DNA of 64,000 bases, from NCBI GenBank assembly GCA_964373885.1, contig CAYJWM010000001.1:5580-69579 (forward strand), read 5' to 3'. This DNA is from an uncultured bacterium. GTDB lineage: Bacteria; Omnitrophota; Omnitrophia; Omnitrophales; Danuiimicrobiaceae. Shown piece by piece: positions 9,265 to 18,698 of this stretch (the first letter of the stretch is position 1; each line of letters opens with the position of its first letter). The position numbers were made by a program, and so were the translations under genes. The notes under the pieces are model-generated. The model saw only the letters and a program-made list of their open reading frames with translations. It was not told the origin of the DNA and made no database searches.

Positions 9265-9791
9265 GGCAACGATTTCCTTTTCCCTGGCTGGGCATTTTGT
9301 TCCAAATGAAGCAGTGTCCGCTTCCAGCGAATCCCGCTTTGAAAGCCCCCGAGCGAATGATCGCAGCGCACAACCCGATGGCATGGAATCAATATCGGAA
9401 CGGGATTGCGTTTTAACGCATTTCCAACGGCGCGGGCCGCCCGCTTTGATCCGCTTCGGCGTGCAAGCTCGCCGTAAGAAATCACGGCACCTTTGGGAAC
9501 CTGGAACAGCGCTTTGAATACGCGTTTCTCAAATGCTCCAAACTGATTCCAGTCTACCTGAACCTTGAGCCGGTGAGCCGGAAATGTTTTACCGGCCAGT
9601 AAGCCGTTTAGAAGCCGGCCACAGGCCAGAAGATGAGCTTTCGCCTTGCGGGAAACCGTCTTCGGGCCGCGGGCACAGAAGCGGCGGCCGGGAAACACAA
9701 TGCTTGTGATTCCCGTGTCGCGCGCAGCCGCCTGAAAACGGCCGTAAGGGGTGTTGATGGTTTGAACGTAAAGGGAATTTGACACCATCAA
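9261..9791 (-). CDS. ogt: Methylated-DNA--protein-cysteine methyltransferase (MGMT/Ogt)
   Basis: Active-site motif IPCHRVV and an HTH/DNA-binding domain, 176 aa. Confidence 0.85.
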   Translation of the reverse strand: MMVSNSLYVQTINTPYGRFQAAARDTGITSIVFPGRRFCARGPKTVSRKAKAHLLACGRLLNGLLAGKTFPAHRLKVQVDWNQFGAFEKRVFKALFQVPKGAVISYGELARRSGSKRAARAVGNALKRNPVPILIPCHRVVRCDHSLGGFQSGIRWKRTLLHLEQNAQPGKRKSLP

Positions 9792-10003
9792 AAGGAAATC
9801 CGGACCTGCCGCTCGTCCGCCGGCGAAACGACGGCGCGGGTCTCGCCGTCACTTTTCAATTCCCGCACTTTTGTAATTTCCTCCGCCGTTTGATCCACCC
9901 GCTTCGCCAGTTTTTCGACTGGCTTTGGCGTGCTGGCGCACCCCGCAGCGGTCATGAGCCAAAAAAACGACAGAATTAAAACGCTTTTTCCAAATCGTCT
10001 CAT
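9788..10003 (-). CDS. Small hypothetical lipoprotein (signal peptide with lipobox AAGC)
   Basis: MRRFGKSVLILSFFWLMTAAGCAST..., 71 aa. No recognisable family. Confidence 0.4.
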   Translation of the reverse strand: MRRFGKSVLILSFFWLMTAAGCASTPKPVEKLAKRVDQTAEEITKVRELKSDGETRAVVSPADERQVRISF

Positions 10004-10033
10004 TTTTTCTCCCTCATTTTATCATCCCTTATT

Positions 10034-11233
10034 TTAGGCGTCCAGCAGGCACTTCGACGGCTCCTCCAGCGGCATATGGTGAGCACGGGCCACGGCCTCG
10101 TAAATCAGCTTCCCCTTTAAAATGTTAATCCCCGCCTTTAGCTCGGGAAAGCGTGAGACGGCCGGCGCAAGACCGTCTGCGAGTGCGGACGTGTATTTAA
10201 GACTCGCGGTCTCCAAGGCGGCGGAGGCCGCAGAACTGGCCAGAGACGGAATGTTCGTGACCGAGAACCGCAGGTTACCAAATGAATCCAAATAAAGCGG
10301 CTCTTCATAATCCGTCGGACGGGATTCGGCGATGTTCCCGCCTTGGTCGATGGCAATGTCCAGAATAATTTTTTTCTTCTGTTTGGAAATTTTTTGAAGT
10401 AACGCGGCATTGATCACCAAAGGTGCCCGCTCGCCGGCCACATGCACGGCGGAAATAATCACGCTTGAGGACGTCAAAAACGCTTCGTACATCATCGTTT
10501 CATGCGGATCCAGCAAATGAACGGACAAATTAAGAGACTTAAATTCCTTAGCCAAAAGCCGGCGTCTTTCATCCGAGACCTCGCTTAAAAAAACAGTGGC
10601 CCCCATACGCTTGGACATAATGGCCGCATTGATGCCCACCCGCCCGCCGCCCAAAATAATGACCTGTCCCAACGGAACGTTTTTGGGAACATAGGGATAA
10701 TTAAATGCCGCTTGCTCCATAACGCCTTTGGCCAGAGGGAGCCCATAAATTTCATTTTTCCGGATTTGAATATAATTTTGAAACACCCCGGCGAAATAGG
10801 CGGCCAAAATGCCGGCCAGCTCACTCATGGGGGCCAACAGCGGGGTTTGCCCGCTTTCTTCCACCGTTTCATAAGCAATGGCAGTGGCATGCGATTTCTG
10901 AAGCGCCTCCACAAGCGGTCGCTCGGCGGGAGCAGCCAAGTGAAGATACGAAAAAATAATGTGACGGGGTTCAAATAATTCAAACTCTTCCGGGCCGGGC
11001 TGCTTCACTTTTTTGATGATGTCGCTTTTCTTCCACAGTTCTTTCCGGTCGCGGACGAGCATAGCGCCGGCACGCTGATAATCCTGATTGGAAAAGCCGG
11101 CCTTGAACCCCGCACCTCTTTCCACATACACGGTAACCGCCTGCGCCGCAAGCGTCTCAACCCCCTTGGGCGTAAGGCCCACCCGGTCTTCTCCGGTTTT
11201 AATTTCCTTGGGTATCCCGACGGTTAAGCGCAC
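10034..11233 (-). CDS. ald: Alanine dehydrogenase (AlaDH/PNT family)
   Basis: MRLTVGIPKEIKTGEDRVGLTP, the NAD-binding block VIILGGGRVGINAA, and no C-terminal TM helices (argues against PntA). Confidence 0.8.
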   Translation of the reverse strand: MRLTVGIPKEIKTGEDRVGLTPKGVETLAAQAVTVYVERGAGFKAGFSNQDYQRAGAMLVRDRKELWKKSDIIKKVKQPGPEEFELFEPRHIIFSYLHLAAPAERPLVEALQKSHATAIAYETVEESGQTPLLAPMSELAGILAAYFAGVFQNYIQIRKNEIYGLPLAKGVMEQAAFNYPYVPKNVPLGQVIILGGGRVGINAAIMSKRMGATVFLSEVSDERRRLLAKEFKSLNLSVHLLDPHETMMYEAFLTSSSVIISAVHVAGERAPLVINAALLQKISKQKKKIILDIAIDQGGNIAESRPTDYEEPLYLDSFGNLRFSVTNIPSLASSAASAALETASLKYTSALADGLAPAVSRFPELKAGINILKGKLIYEAVARAHHMPLEEPSKCLLDA

Positions 11234-11236
11234 AAC

Positions 11237-12913
11237 TCATCCTTGAAAATGATTGGTGATCGGCATGCGGCGGCCAAACCACGCTTTCTGAGTAATTCTC
11301 AAGGCCGGCGGAAGCTGTCGCCTTTTGTATTCATTGTGATCCACGGCCGAGATGACACGGCTGACGGCTTTGGGAGAAATATGCCTCGCCTTGAGCTTTC
11401 TCGCAATTTCATCGCGGCCTACATTGCCTTCAATATAATGTTTCAGAATTTCATCCAAGACAGGGTAAGGCGGCAGCGAATCCTGGTCTTTTTGATGGGG
11501 ACGCAATTCTGCCGAAGGCGCCCGTTTTAATGTGGACGGCGGAATGACGCGGGAAAGCGAATTCCGGTAATGCGCTAGCCGATAGACGTCGGTTTTGTAC
11601 ACGTCGCCGATCACGGAAAGCCCGCCGCACATATCGCCATAGAGCGTGCAATAACCCATCGCGAGTTCCGATTTATTTCCCGTCGTCAAGAGAAGCGTGC
11701 CTTCATCGTTGGACACATACATCAATTGAATTCCTCTCAAACGCGCTTGCAGATTCTCCATCGCCACGGTAATTTTTTGACCCTTCGCCGGCGGAATGCC
11801 GCGCGTTCTCTTTTCGGCTTTGACTTCCTTGATAAAATCCAAATACCGGGAACGAATCGAATGCGTTCGAAACTCAATTCCCAAATTTTGGGCAAGCAGC
11901 TTAGCGTCGCGCAGACTCCGTGCAGAAGAATAGGGTCCTGGCATCCCCACGCCGATAACCGACTTGGCTCCTAATGCGTCGGCTGCCAATGCCGCAACGA
12001 GCGCTGAGTCAATGCCGCCGCTCAAACCCACGGCCACCTTATGAAAACGATTTTTCCGCACATAATCCCGCAGTCCGAGCATGAGCGCTTCATAAATCTC
12101 ACCGGTCGCGTTTGAACGATTTGCTTGGAGTTTTGGACGAAAAGATCTTTTTGAGCCAAGATCGATGGAGCATCGATAAAGCGACTCGCGGAACGGATCG
12201 GCTTCAAAACAAATATGTCCTTCGGGATCGGCCACAAAACTTCTCCCGTCAAAAATCAAATCATCCTGTCCGCCCACCTGATTGGCATAAAGAATCCAGA
12301 CCCCATATTCTTTCGCTTTACGCGAAACCAGCGCATGGCGGATGGAAACAACGTCCCGGTGATACGGAGAGGCGGAAATATTGATAATGACTTTCGCCCC
12401 CTTTCGGGCCAAAAGACGGGCTGGTTTCACCGGATAAGCGTCATCCCAAATGTCTTCGCAAACAGTGGCTCCGACCGGAATTCCATTGAGCGAAAAAAGA
12501 TCATACTGCTTCCCGGGCGTGAAAAAAATTTCTTCCAAAAAAACGTCGTAGGTCGGGAGAAGCCGTTTGTACTGTTTGCAAATGACCCGGCCGTTTTTAA
12601 AAACTGCGAGCGCATTATAACTTTTCAAACCTGCCCGCTCCCCTCGATCGATGAAACCAAGCGCCACTGCCACCTGTTTGCGCCGGGTAAAACGGGTAAT
12701 TTCATCAAAAGCCACTAAATTTCTATCGACGAAACTTTTTTTATTCGCCAAATCCCATACGGGATAACCGGAAACGGAAAGTTCCGGGAAAATCACAAGG
12801 TCCAAAACTTCCGATTCCGCCCGTTGAATATAAGAACAAATCTTGCGGGTGTTCCCCTCAAAATCCCCTACGGTAGGATTGATTTGTGCGAACCCAATAT
12901 GTAATTTTTTCAT
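11237..12913 (-). CDS. nadE: Glutamine-dependent NAD+ synthetase (nitrilase domain plus NAD synthetase domain)
   Basis: N-terminal CN-hydrolase domain (FPELSVSGYP) and C-terminal GLSGGIDSALVAALA PP-loop. Start chosen at the ATG at 12913 (MKKLHIGF). Confidence 0.9.
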   Translation of the reverse strand: MKKLHIGFAQINPTVGDFEGNTRKICSYIQRAESEVLDLVIFPELSVSGYPVWDLANKKSFVDRNLVAFDEITRFTRRKQVAVALGFIDRGERAGLKSYNALAVFKNGRVICKQYKRLLPTYDVFLEEIFFTPGKQYDLFSLNGIPVGATVCEDIWDDAYPVKPARLLARKGAKVIINISASPYHRDVVSIRHALVSRKAKEYGVWILYANQVGGQDDLIFDGRSFVADPEGHICFEADPFRESLYRCSIDLGSKRSFRPKLQANRSNATGEIYEALMLGLRDYVRKNRFHKVAVGLSGGIDSALVAALAADALGAKSVIGVGMPGPYSSARSLRDAKLLAQNLGIEFRTHSIRSRYLDFIKEVKAEKRTRGIPPAKGQKITVAMENLQARLRGIQLMYVSNDEGTLLLTTGNKSELAMGYCTLYGDMCGGLSVIGDVYKTDVYRLAHYRNSLSRVIPPSTLKRAPSAELRPHQKDQDSLPPYPVLDEILKHYIEGNVGRDEIARKLKARHISPKAVSRVISAVDHNEYKRRQLPPALRITQKAWFGRRMPITNHFQG

Positions 12914-12942
12914 AGGAACCCAACTCAAACGTGGACCTGAGG

Positions 12943-12960
12943 GGATTTGGCGCTTCGATC
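12943..12960. repeat. 18-bp direct repeat identical to the 3' end of tRNA-Ala (TGGACCTGAGGGGATTTG). The second copy is 13105-13122, inside the tRNA.
   Basis: Exact 18/18 identity seen in the sequence. The two copies are 144 bp apart. Confidence 0.7.
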
Positions 12961-13104
12961 TCGCAAACATCGCCTAGCTTCGCTCCGCTTGCTAAGCGAT
13001 GCTCGATCTCAGTCGGCCACTCGCCGCATTGATCGTCGCGACTGCTCCTAACGTTGCAATCGCATGAACTGGCAATGCGGCTCCCTTCAAATCCCATTAA
13101 CTTC

Positions 13105-13177
13105 TGGACCTGAGGGGATTTGAACCCCTGACCTCCAGAGTGCGATTCTGGCGCTCTCCCAGCTGAGCTACAGGCCC
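13105..13177 (-). tRNA. tRNA-Ala (anticodon CGC)
   Basis: Reverse complement is GGGCCTGTAGCTCAGCTGGGAGAGCGCCAGAATCGCACTCTGGAGGTCAGGGGTTCAAATCCCCTCAGGTCCA. It forms a cloverleaf with a G3:U70 Ala identity pair and anticodon loop AUCGCAC. CCA is not encoded. Confidence 0.85.
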
Positions 13178-13325
13178 TGATTTCATTAGAATACAATCCT
13201 GACCCTTTATTAAAAATCAGGGACAGCACCGACTTCCCACAAAAATTCAATCATCGTCGGTGCAGGCCCGACTTAATACAGTCACCAATCCTCTTGCATA
13301 ATTCAATAAAAGATGGGACAGGCCT

Positions 13326-14159
13326 TTATATAATCATTCTTTTCAAATATCCCTTCAATTCCCCAATCGGCTTCTCTCGGTCCAGCTCATGAATCAGTTC
13401 GTGGTAAAAACCGTTAAAAATGCGCATGTCCTTTTTCACGGAAGAAGTTCGCTCAAAAAAACTTTTCGTTTTTTCAAGCGACACCACCTTGTCATCACCG
13501 GCCGCTAAAACGAGAAGCGGCAAAGACAGTTCGCTCGCGCGGTGAAAAATCTCATCGGCTGCATGAAACATCTCATGCGCCAGATGAATCGTGATGCGCT
13601 TTTGAATCAATACGTCGTTGGAATAACGAATAACCGCTTCTTGATCATGGGTCAAATGCCGCGGGAAAATCGGATTGGCCCAGATCATTTTTCCGGCGAA
13701 AGGGTTCAGAAAATCGGTCAGGGGTTTGAGAAGCCATTCCCAACGCGGCAGGCCGAAGAAAGGCGACAGTAATGCCAGTCCTGCCCATGCTTCTTGCCGT
13801 TTGAGCGCGACATGGGTGGCAATTAAACCACCCAAGCTTTGCCCCAAAAGAACAAACTGCTTATCTCTGAATCCCTTTGCCTCAACAAACGATTTAAAGT
13901 GGTAAATGTCCCCTGCAAAATCTTCAAAGCGGTCCGCATGAACCCGCCGCCCTTCCGACTCGCCGTGGCCGCGCAGATCATGCACGATCACCGAAACGGG
14001 AAGTTCTCCGAGCGCACGCGCAAGGTCCGCATAGCGGTTTGAATGTTCTCCAAAACCATGCACCATCAGGACGACAACGGGTGCTTCCTGTTTCAGCCAA
14101 AACCGGTAAAACAACTTGGTTTGATCAAACGACAAAAAATATCCGGTCTCTGGCTTCAT
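13326..14159 (-). CDS. Alpha/beta hydrolase (Hydrolase_4; lysophospholipase/monoacylglycerol-lipase-like)
   Basis: VVLMVHGFGEHSNRY...HDLRGHGESEG...LLGQSLGGLIA (GxSxG nucleophile elbow). Start chosen at the ATG at 14159. Confidence 0.8.
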   Translation of the reverse strand: MKPETGYFLSFDQTKLFYRFWLKQEAPVVVLMVHGFGEHSNRYADLARALGELPVSVIVHDLRGHGESEGRRVHADRFEDFAGDIYHFKSFVEAKGFRDKQFVLLGQSLGGLIATHVALKRQEAWAGLALLSPFFGLPRWEWLLKPLTDFLNPFAGKMIWANPIFPRHLTHDQEAVIRYSNDVLIQKRITIHLAHEMFHAADEIFHRASELSLPLLVLAAGDDKVVSLEKTKSFFERTSSVKKDMRIFNGFYHELIHELDREKPIGELKGYLKRMII

Positions 14160-15957
14160 CCGTTTTGTCTTGCGTCTCGCGGTACATTCGTTCAATGACC
14201 TCTCGGCACCGTTCGCCCACGACGGCTCGCTTGATTTTGAGCGTGGAGGTCAATTCCCCCCCTTCCTGGGACCATTCCCTGGCAAGCAAGGTAAAATACT
14301 TGATTTTCTCATAGGGCGCAAGGTCCTGAGTATGTTCTTCGATGCGCTCCCGGATAAATTGATGCACCGCTTTTTCCTGAATCAGCGCTTCGCGCTTCTC
14401 AGGCAGCCGAACCCCCCGCGCCCGAAGCGCCCGGCGCACCTCGTCCAAGTTCGGGACAATGAGCGCCGTCAAAAAATTTCGGCCCTCCCCGATCAAAACG
14501 ATTTGATTGACGGCGGGCTCGGCCAAAATCAAATTTTCGATGTTCTGCGGGGCCACCTTTTTGCCTCCCGAATTCACAATAATGTCCTTCTTGCGCCCCG
14601 TGATGAACAAAAACCCATCGGTGCTGATGGACCCCAAATCCCCCGTACGAAACCATCCGTCTGTAAAGGCCTCGCGCGTGGCCTGCTCATCCTTGTAATA
14701 GCCCTTCATCACCAAAGACCCGCGGGTTAGAATTTCGCCATCCCCAGCGATTTTCACTTCCACATGATCCAGCGGAATGCCGACCGATCCAAAACAAAAG
14801 CGGTCGATTCGATTGACGCTAATAACGGGTGAGGTCTCCGTCAGCCCGTACCCTTCCAGAATCAAAATCCCGGCCGAATAAAAAAATTCCGCGAGTTCTT
14901 TGGGCAAGGGCGCGCCCCCCGAAACAAAAAACCGCAGTCGTCCGCCCAATTTTTGATAGATTTTTGAAAAAACCAGTTTTTCCGCCAGTGCACTTTCCCA
15001 TTTGAGAATGAGCGGCAGGGGTTGTTTGGCAAGCTCCAATTTGTATTTTTCGCGCCCCACCGTACAGGCCCATTCAAAAATTTTTCTTCTGAAGGCCCCG
15101 GCCTCGCGAACCGTGCTTTCGATTTGGGCGTATGTCTTCTCGAAAAACCTCGGGACGGCGCATACAATAGTCGGCTTCACCTCAAAAAGATTTTGAGGTA
15201 CCGTGTTCATATTCTCCGCATAAGCAATGGTAGAGCCGGCCAAAAGCCCCAAATAATACCCGCCGGTCCGTTCAAACACATGGCTGAGCGGCAAAAAAGA
15301 TAATGACACGTCGTCTTCTGTGATCGGCAGCGCCGCTTTCGAATCAAAGCAATTGGAGAGAAAATTCTGATGGGTCAGCATCACCCCTTTGGGTGTGCCC
15401 GTTGTGCCGGAGGTATAAATAATGGTCGCCAGATCTTGAGCGGTTACGCTCTGAACAAGCGTTTGATAACGCTCGCTTCCCGTCTCCGGCACAAATGAGG
15501 CAGTAAGCGTTTTGAAATCGACCACATGTGATATCCCATCCTCTGCATCGAATAAAACGATATGCTTCAGCAACGGCAGTTGACTTAAAACGGGTTCGAT
15601 GCGCACAAGCTGTTCCCGCGTCGAAACAAAAAGCAGTCTTGCTTCCGAGTGGGCCAAAACGCGTTCGATTTCTTTGGGAGAAGCCGTTGCGTAAAGCGGG
15701 ACCACCACTCCGCCGGCGGACAGAATGCCGAGATCGGCGTAGGCCCACTCCGGGCGATTTTCCGAAAGGATGGCGGCCCGGTCCCCCTTGCGGAACCCCT
15801 GACTGACAAGCCAAAGCGCCACCGAAGCCACCCGGCAGCGGAACTCTTCCCACGAAATATCGTGATAATGACCGTCACGCTTCGCACGCAGGGCTGTTCT
15901 TGCGCGATAATGTTCGGCTTGTTTTAAAAATAAATCGGCTAAGCTTGAATATCCCAT
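14125..15957 (-). CDS. fadD: Long-chain fatty acid--CoA ligase (AMP-dependent synthetase)
   Basis: AMP-binding motif IIYTSGTTGTPKGVMLTHQN, 610 aa. Confidence 0.9.
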   Translation of the reverse strand: MGYSSLADLFLKQAEHYRARTALRAKRDGHYHDISWEEFRCRVASVALWLVSQGFRKGDRAAILSENRPEWAYADLGILSAGGVVVPLYATASPKEIERVLAHSEARLLFVSTREQLVRIEPVLSQLPLLKHIVLFDAEDGISHVVDFKTLTASFVPETGSERYQTLVQSVTAQDLATIIYTSGTTGTPKGVMLTHQNFLSNCFDSKAALPITEDDVSLSFLPLSHVFERTGGYYLGLLAGSTIAYAENMNTVPQNLFEVKPTIVCAVPRFFEKTYAQIESTVREAGAFRRKIFEWACTVGREKYKLELAKQPLPLILKWESALAEKLVFSKIYQKLGGRLRFFVSGGAPLPKELAEFFYSAGILILEGYGLTETSPVISVNRIDRFCFGSVGIPLDHVEVKIAGDGEILTRGSLVMKGYYKDEQATREAFTDGWFRTGDLGSISTDGFLFITGRKKDIIVNSGGKKVAPQNIENLILAEPAVNQIVLIGEGRNFLTALIVPNLDEVRRALRARGVRLPEKREALIQEKAVHQFIRERIEEHTQDLAPYEKIKYFTLLAREWSQEGGELTSTLKIKRAVVGERCREVIERMYRETQDKTDEARDRIFFVV

Positions 15958-15976
15958 CCTGAACCGATCGGGGGGA

Positions 15977-16624
15977 TTAGGATTTTTTCTTCCGGGGAGA
16001 CCGCGCCGGAGGTTCTGATGCTTGGTTCCCTTTTTGTTCCAGCTCTAAAAGTTCCTGGCGGTTTTGCTCCGCTTGTTTGGCAATCAGCTTTAGCTTTTCC
16101 TGATCTAAAATTTTGGCCAGATTGACTTGATCCTCCGTCTGAACCGATCCCGGCGGCTGCATGCTCTTGAGGATTTGTTCATGAATGCGTGCCTGCGTTA
16201 GGATCCGATCGACCTGTACCCGGTCGACCCGAGCTTGCTGCTCCAACTGGCGTGTCTGTTCGATAATTTTGAGCAGCTCCGTCTGTACTTGCGCAATCTG
16301 TACCTGTTGAACCGCGGGCCTTACTGGCGGAGCAGCAATCTTGACCGGCTTGGGAAAAACAGACGGGGTTGTCGTCACCGGCCGAAACGGCTTTGAATGA
16401 ACCAGCGGAGCGGAAGCCGAACCGGCGGCGGGTTGGGCATCGGCTTTTGGCTCGCGGGCCTGGCCGGATTGTTTCTTTGTCGATTCCTTTTTGGATGCTT
16501 TGGAGGCCTGACTTTCCTTTTTGCCCCAATCCCAAAAAGCCCCCGTCACAAACAAAAAAGACAGACAAACAATGGTAAGGACGACTGAAAGACGGTACGG
16601 TTGTTCGTTTGAATAAATGTTCAT
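15977..16624 (-). CDS. Hypothetical membrane-anchored, Q-rich coiled-coil protein
   Basis: N-terminal TM helix, Pro/Ala-rich linker, then a heptad-like Q/E/L-rich C-terminus. No known family recognised. Confidence 0.45.
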   Translation of the reverse strand: MNIYSNEQPYRLSVVLTIVCLSFLFVTGAFWDWGKKESQASKASKKESTKKQSGQAREPKADAQPAAGSASAPLVHSKPFRPVTTTPSVFPKPVKIAAPPVRPAVQQVQIAQVQTELLKIIEQTRQLEQQARVDRVQVDRILTQARIHEQILKSMQPPGSVQTEDQVNLAKILDQEKLKLIAKQAEQNRQELLELEQKGNQASEPPARSPRKKKS

Positions 16625-16648
16625 TTTTTGAACCTGCCCTTCAAAGCA

Positions 16649-17461
16649 CTAGCGATTCTGAAACTTGGGCTGACGCTTTTCTAAAAACGCGCGCACGCCC
16701 TCCTTTTTGTCTTCCGTTTCACACACATCCCCGAACAGCTCCGCTTCCAACGCGAGCGCGTCAGAGAGCCCCTTTTTCTCGCCCTCCCGAAGCGCCCTTT
16801 GAATCAAACGAACGCTGACCTGGGGCTTTGACGCGATTTTCTTCGCAAGTCCTACCGCTTCCTTCAAAAGCCGTCCGTCGGGAAACATTCGGTCAATCAG
16901 TCGAACGTCAAGCGCTTCTTTTGCGGAAATCATATCGCCGGTAAGTAAAATCTCCCTGGCTTTGGACATGCCGACGATTCTAGGAAGCCGCTGGGTCCCG
17001 CCGAAGCCCGGAATAATTCCGAGTAAAATCTCGGGCTGTCCTAATTTCGCCCGATCGGAAGCGACCCGGATGTGGCAGGCCATGGCAAGCTCGAGCCCCC
17101 CTCCCACGCAAACGGCGTTAATCGCGCAAATCACCGGTTTGTCCGAACATTCGATTTTGTCCAAAACTTGCTGCCCTTTTTTCACCAGCTGAATCGCGTC
17201 CTGTTTGGACTTGATATTGGCAATCTCTTTTATGTCCGCTCCTGCAATAAACGTATAAGGTCCTTCGCCGGTCAACACCATCACTTTGTAGCGGTCCTCG
17301 CGCTTGAAACGCTCAAGCGCATCGTCAAGCTCTTGCATGACGCGGACAGTCAACACATTCACTTTATTTTCGGGGGGGCGGCTCAAGGTCACAATCATGA
17401 CCCCTTCTTCTTCTTTGACTTTAACCAATTCCCCTTGCGCGATATCTGCCGCCATTCTCAC
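16649..17461 (-). CDS. Enoyl-CoA hydratase (crotonase family)
   Basis: Crotonase fold blocks (FIAGADIKE..., AINAVCVGGGLELAMACHIRVAS), 270 aa. Confidence 0.9.
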   Translation of the reverse strand: MRMAADIAQGELVKVKEEEGVMIVTLSRPPENKVNVLTVRVMQELDDALERFKREDRYKVMVLTGEGPYTFIAGADIKEIANIKSKQDAIQLVKKGQQVLDKIECSDKPVICAINAVCVGGGLELAMACHIRVASDRAKLGQPEILLGIIPGFGGTQRLPRIVGMSKAREILLTGDMISAKEALDVRLIDRMFPDGRLLKEAVGLAKKIASKPQVSVRLIQRALREGEKKGLSDALALEAELFGDVCETEDKKEGVRAFLEKRQPKFQNR

Positions 17462-17472
17462 TCCTCGATTTC

Positions 17473-18690
17473 TTAAGTTGAATATTCAAAAAATCCGCGC
17501 CCTGATTTTTTCCCCAAAAATTGCGCTCCCACCATGCGGCGCAAAAGCGGGGCCGGCCAAAACCGCTCGCCAAATTCGCGATAAAGGTCCAACAGTGTTT
17601 TTAACACCTGGTCCAATCCCACTTGATCCGCATAATGAAGAATGCCTTCCTTATCCTGTGGAAAACCGATTCCCGCCACCATGCCCAAATCAATATCGCC
17701 TGCGCTTGACACATGCTCCTCAAGACACAGGGCCGCTTCGTTAATCATCGGATAAACCAAACGCTCGATTGAGCATTTCGTCTTTTTGGACGGAACTGAT
17801 TTTTTTAAATCTTCGATAATATTCTGAAGTGCTTTATCATCCCCTGAGCCGTAGTTATAAAATCCCGCGCCTGATTTCCGCCCAAAGCGTTTTGCCTCAT
17901 ACAGTTTTCCCCAAATCTCGGCCGGCTTCATCCGATTACCGTAAGAATCGAGAAGCACCTTTGCCACATCAAAACAGACGTCAAGTCCGAGATTATCCAC
18001 CAGCGTAAAAGGCCCCATCGGCAAACCAAATTTGACGGCGGCAGCGTCAATTTCCTGAATACCCGCGGCCCCCTCCTGCACACAATACGCGGCTTCATTC
18101 AAATAAGGCATGAGCAGACGATTCACCAAAAAACCGCCGCACTCATTGACCCGAATCGGAATTTTCCTCAGGGATTCCGTAAACGCAATCGTATCCGAAA
18201 CCGTCTCCTCGCTCGTGGCCAGGCCGGGGATCACTTCCACGAGCTTCATCACATGGGCCGGAAAGAAAAAATGCATGCCGACCACTTTTTCCGGACGTTT
18301 CGTGGCGGCGCCCAGCTCGGAAATGGAAAGCGCCGAGGTGTTGGTCGCCAGAATGGCGGTTTCGGAAATATGCGATTCCAGGTCCTGAAACACTTTTTTC
18401 TTAAGCTCCATTTTTTCCGGCACGGCCTCGATCACAATGTCCGCGTCTTTGAAGGCGTCATAACCGGTCGCGCCGGAGACAAGTGACATTTTGTTTTCAA
18501 GCTCGGAAGCGTCCATTTTGCCTTTGTCCAAGCGCTTTTGATAAATCGAGCGGATTTTCGCAATTCCCTGGTCCACCAACTGCTGATTCACGTCCTTCAA
18601 CACGACAGGCAGACCTGAATAGGTAATCACCTGAGCAATCTCAGCGCCCATGGTACCCGCTCCGACCACTCCCGCCTTGTAAATATACAT
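17473..18690 (-). CDS. 3-hydroxyacyl-CoA dehydrogenase (3HCDH N and C domains)
   Basis: KAGVVGAGTMGAEIAQ Rossmann N-terminus plus the 3HCDH C-terminal domain. Start at the ATG at 18690. Confidence 0.9.
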   Translation of the reverse strand: MYIYKAGVVGAGTMGAEIAQVITYSGLPVVLKDVNQQLVDQGIAKIRSIYQKRLDKGKMDASELENKMSLVSGATGYDAFKDADIVIEAVPEKMELKKKVFQDLESHISETAILATNTSALSISELGAATKRPEKVVGMHFFFPAHVMKLVEVIPGLATSEETVSDTIAFTESLRKIPIRVNECGGFLVNRLLMPYLNEAAYCVQEGAAGIQEIDAAAVKFGLPMGPFTLVDNLGLDVCFDVAKVLLDSYGNRMKPAEIWGKLYEAKRFGRKSGAGFYNYGSGDDKALQNIIEDLKKSVPSKKTKCSIERLVYPMINEAALCLEEHVSSAGDIDLGMVAGIGFPQDKEGILHYADQVGLDQVLKTLLDLYREFGERFWPAPLLRRMVGAQFLGKKSGRGFFEYST

Positions 18691-18698
18691 TAGAGCAC

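Noticed and set aside
12943-13177. An intact genomic island integrated at tRNA-Ala
   Set aside because: Only about 144 bp separate the two repeat copies and there is no integrase or cargo. At most this is a relic att site.
12858-13250. 130-aa minus-strand ORF spanning the tRNA-Ala gene and the direct-repeat region
   Set aside because: It overlaps a clear tRNA and repeat sequences and has no recognisable protein features. It is most likely a chance ORF.
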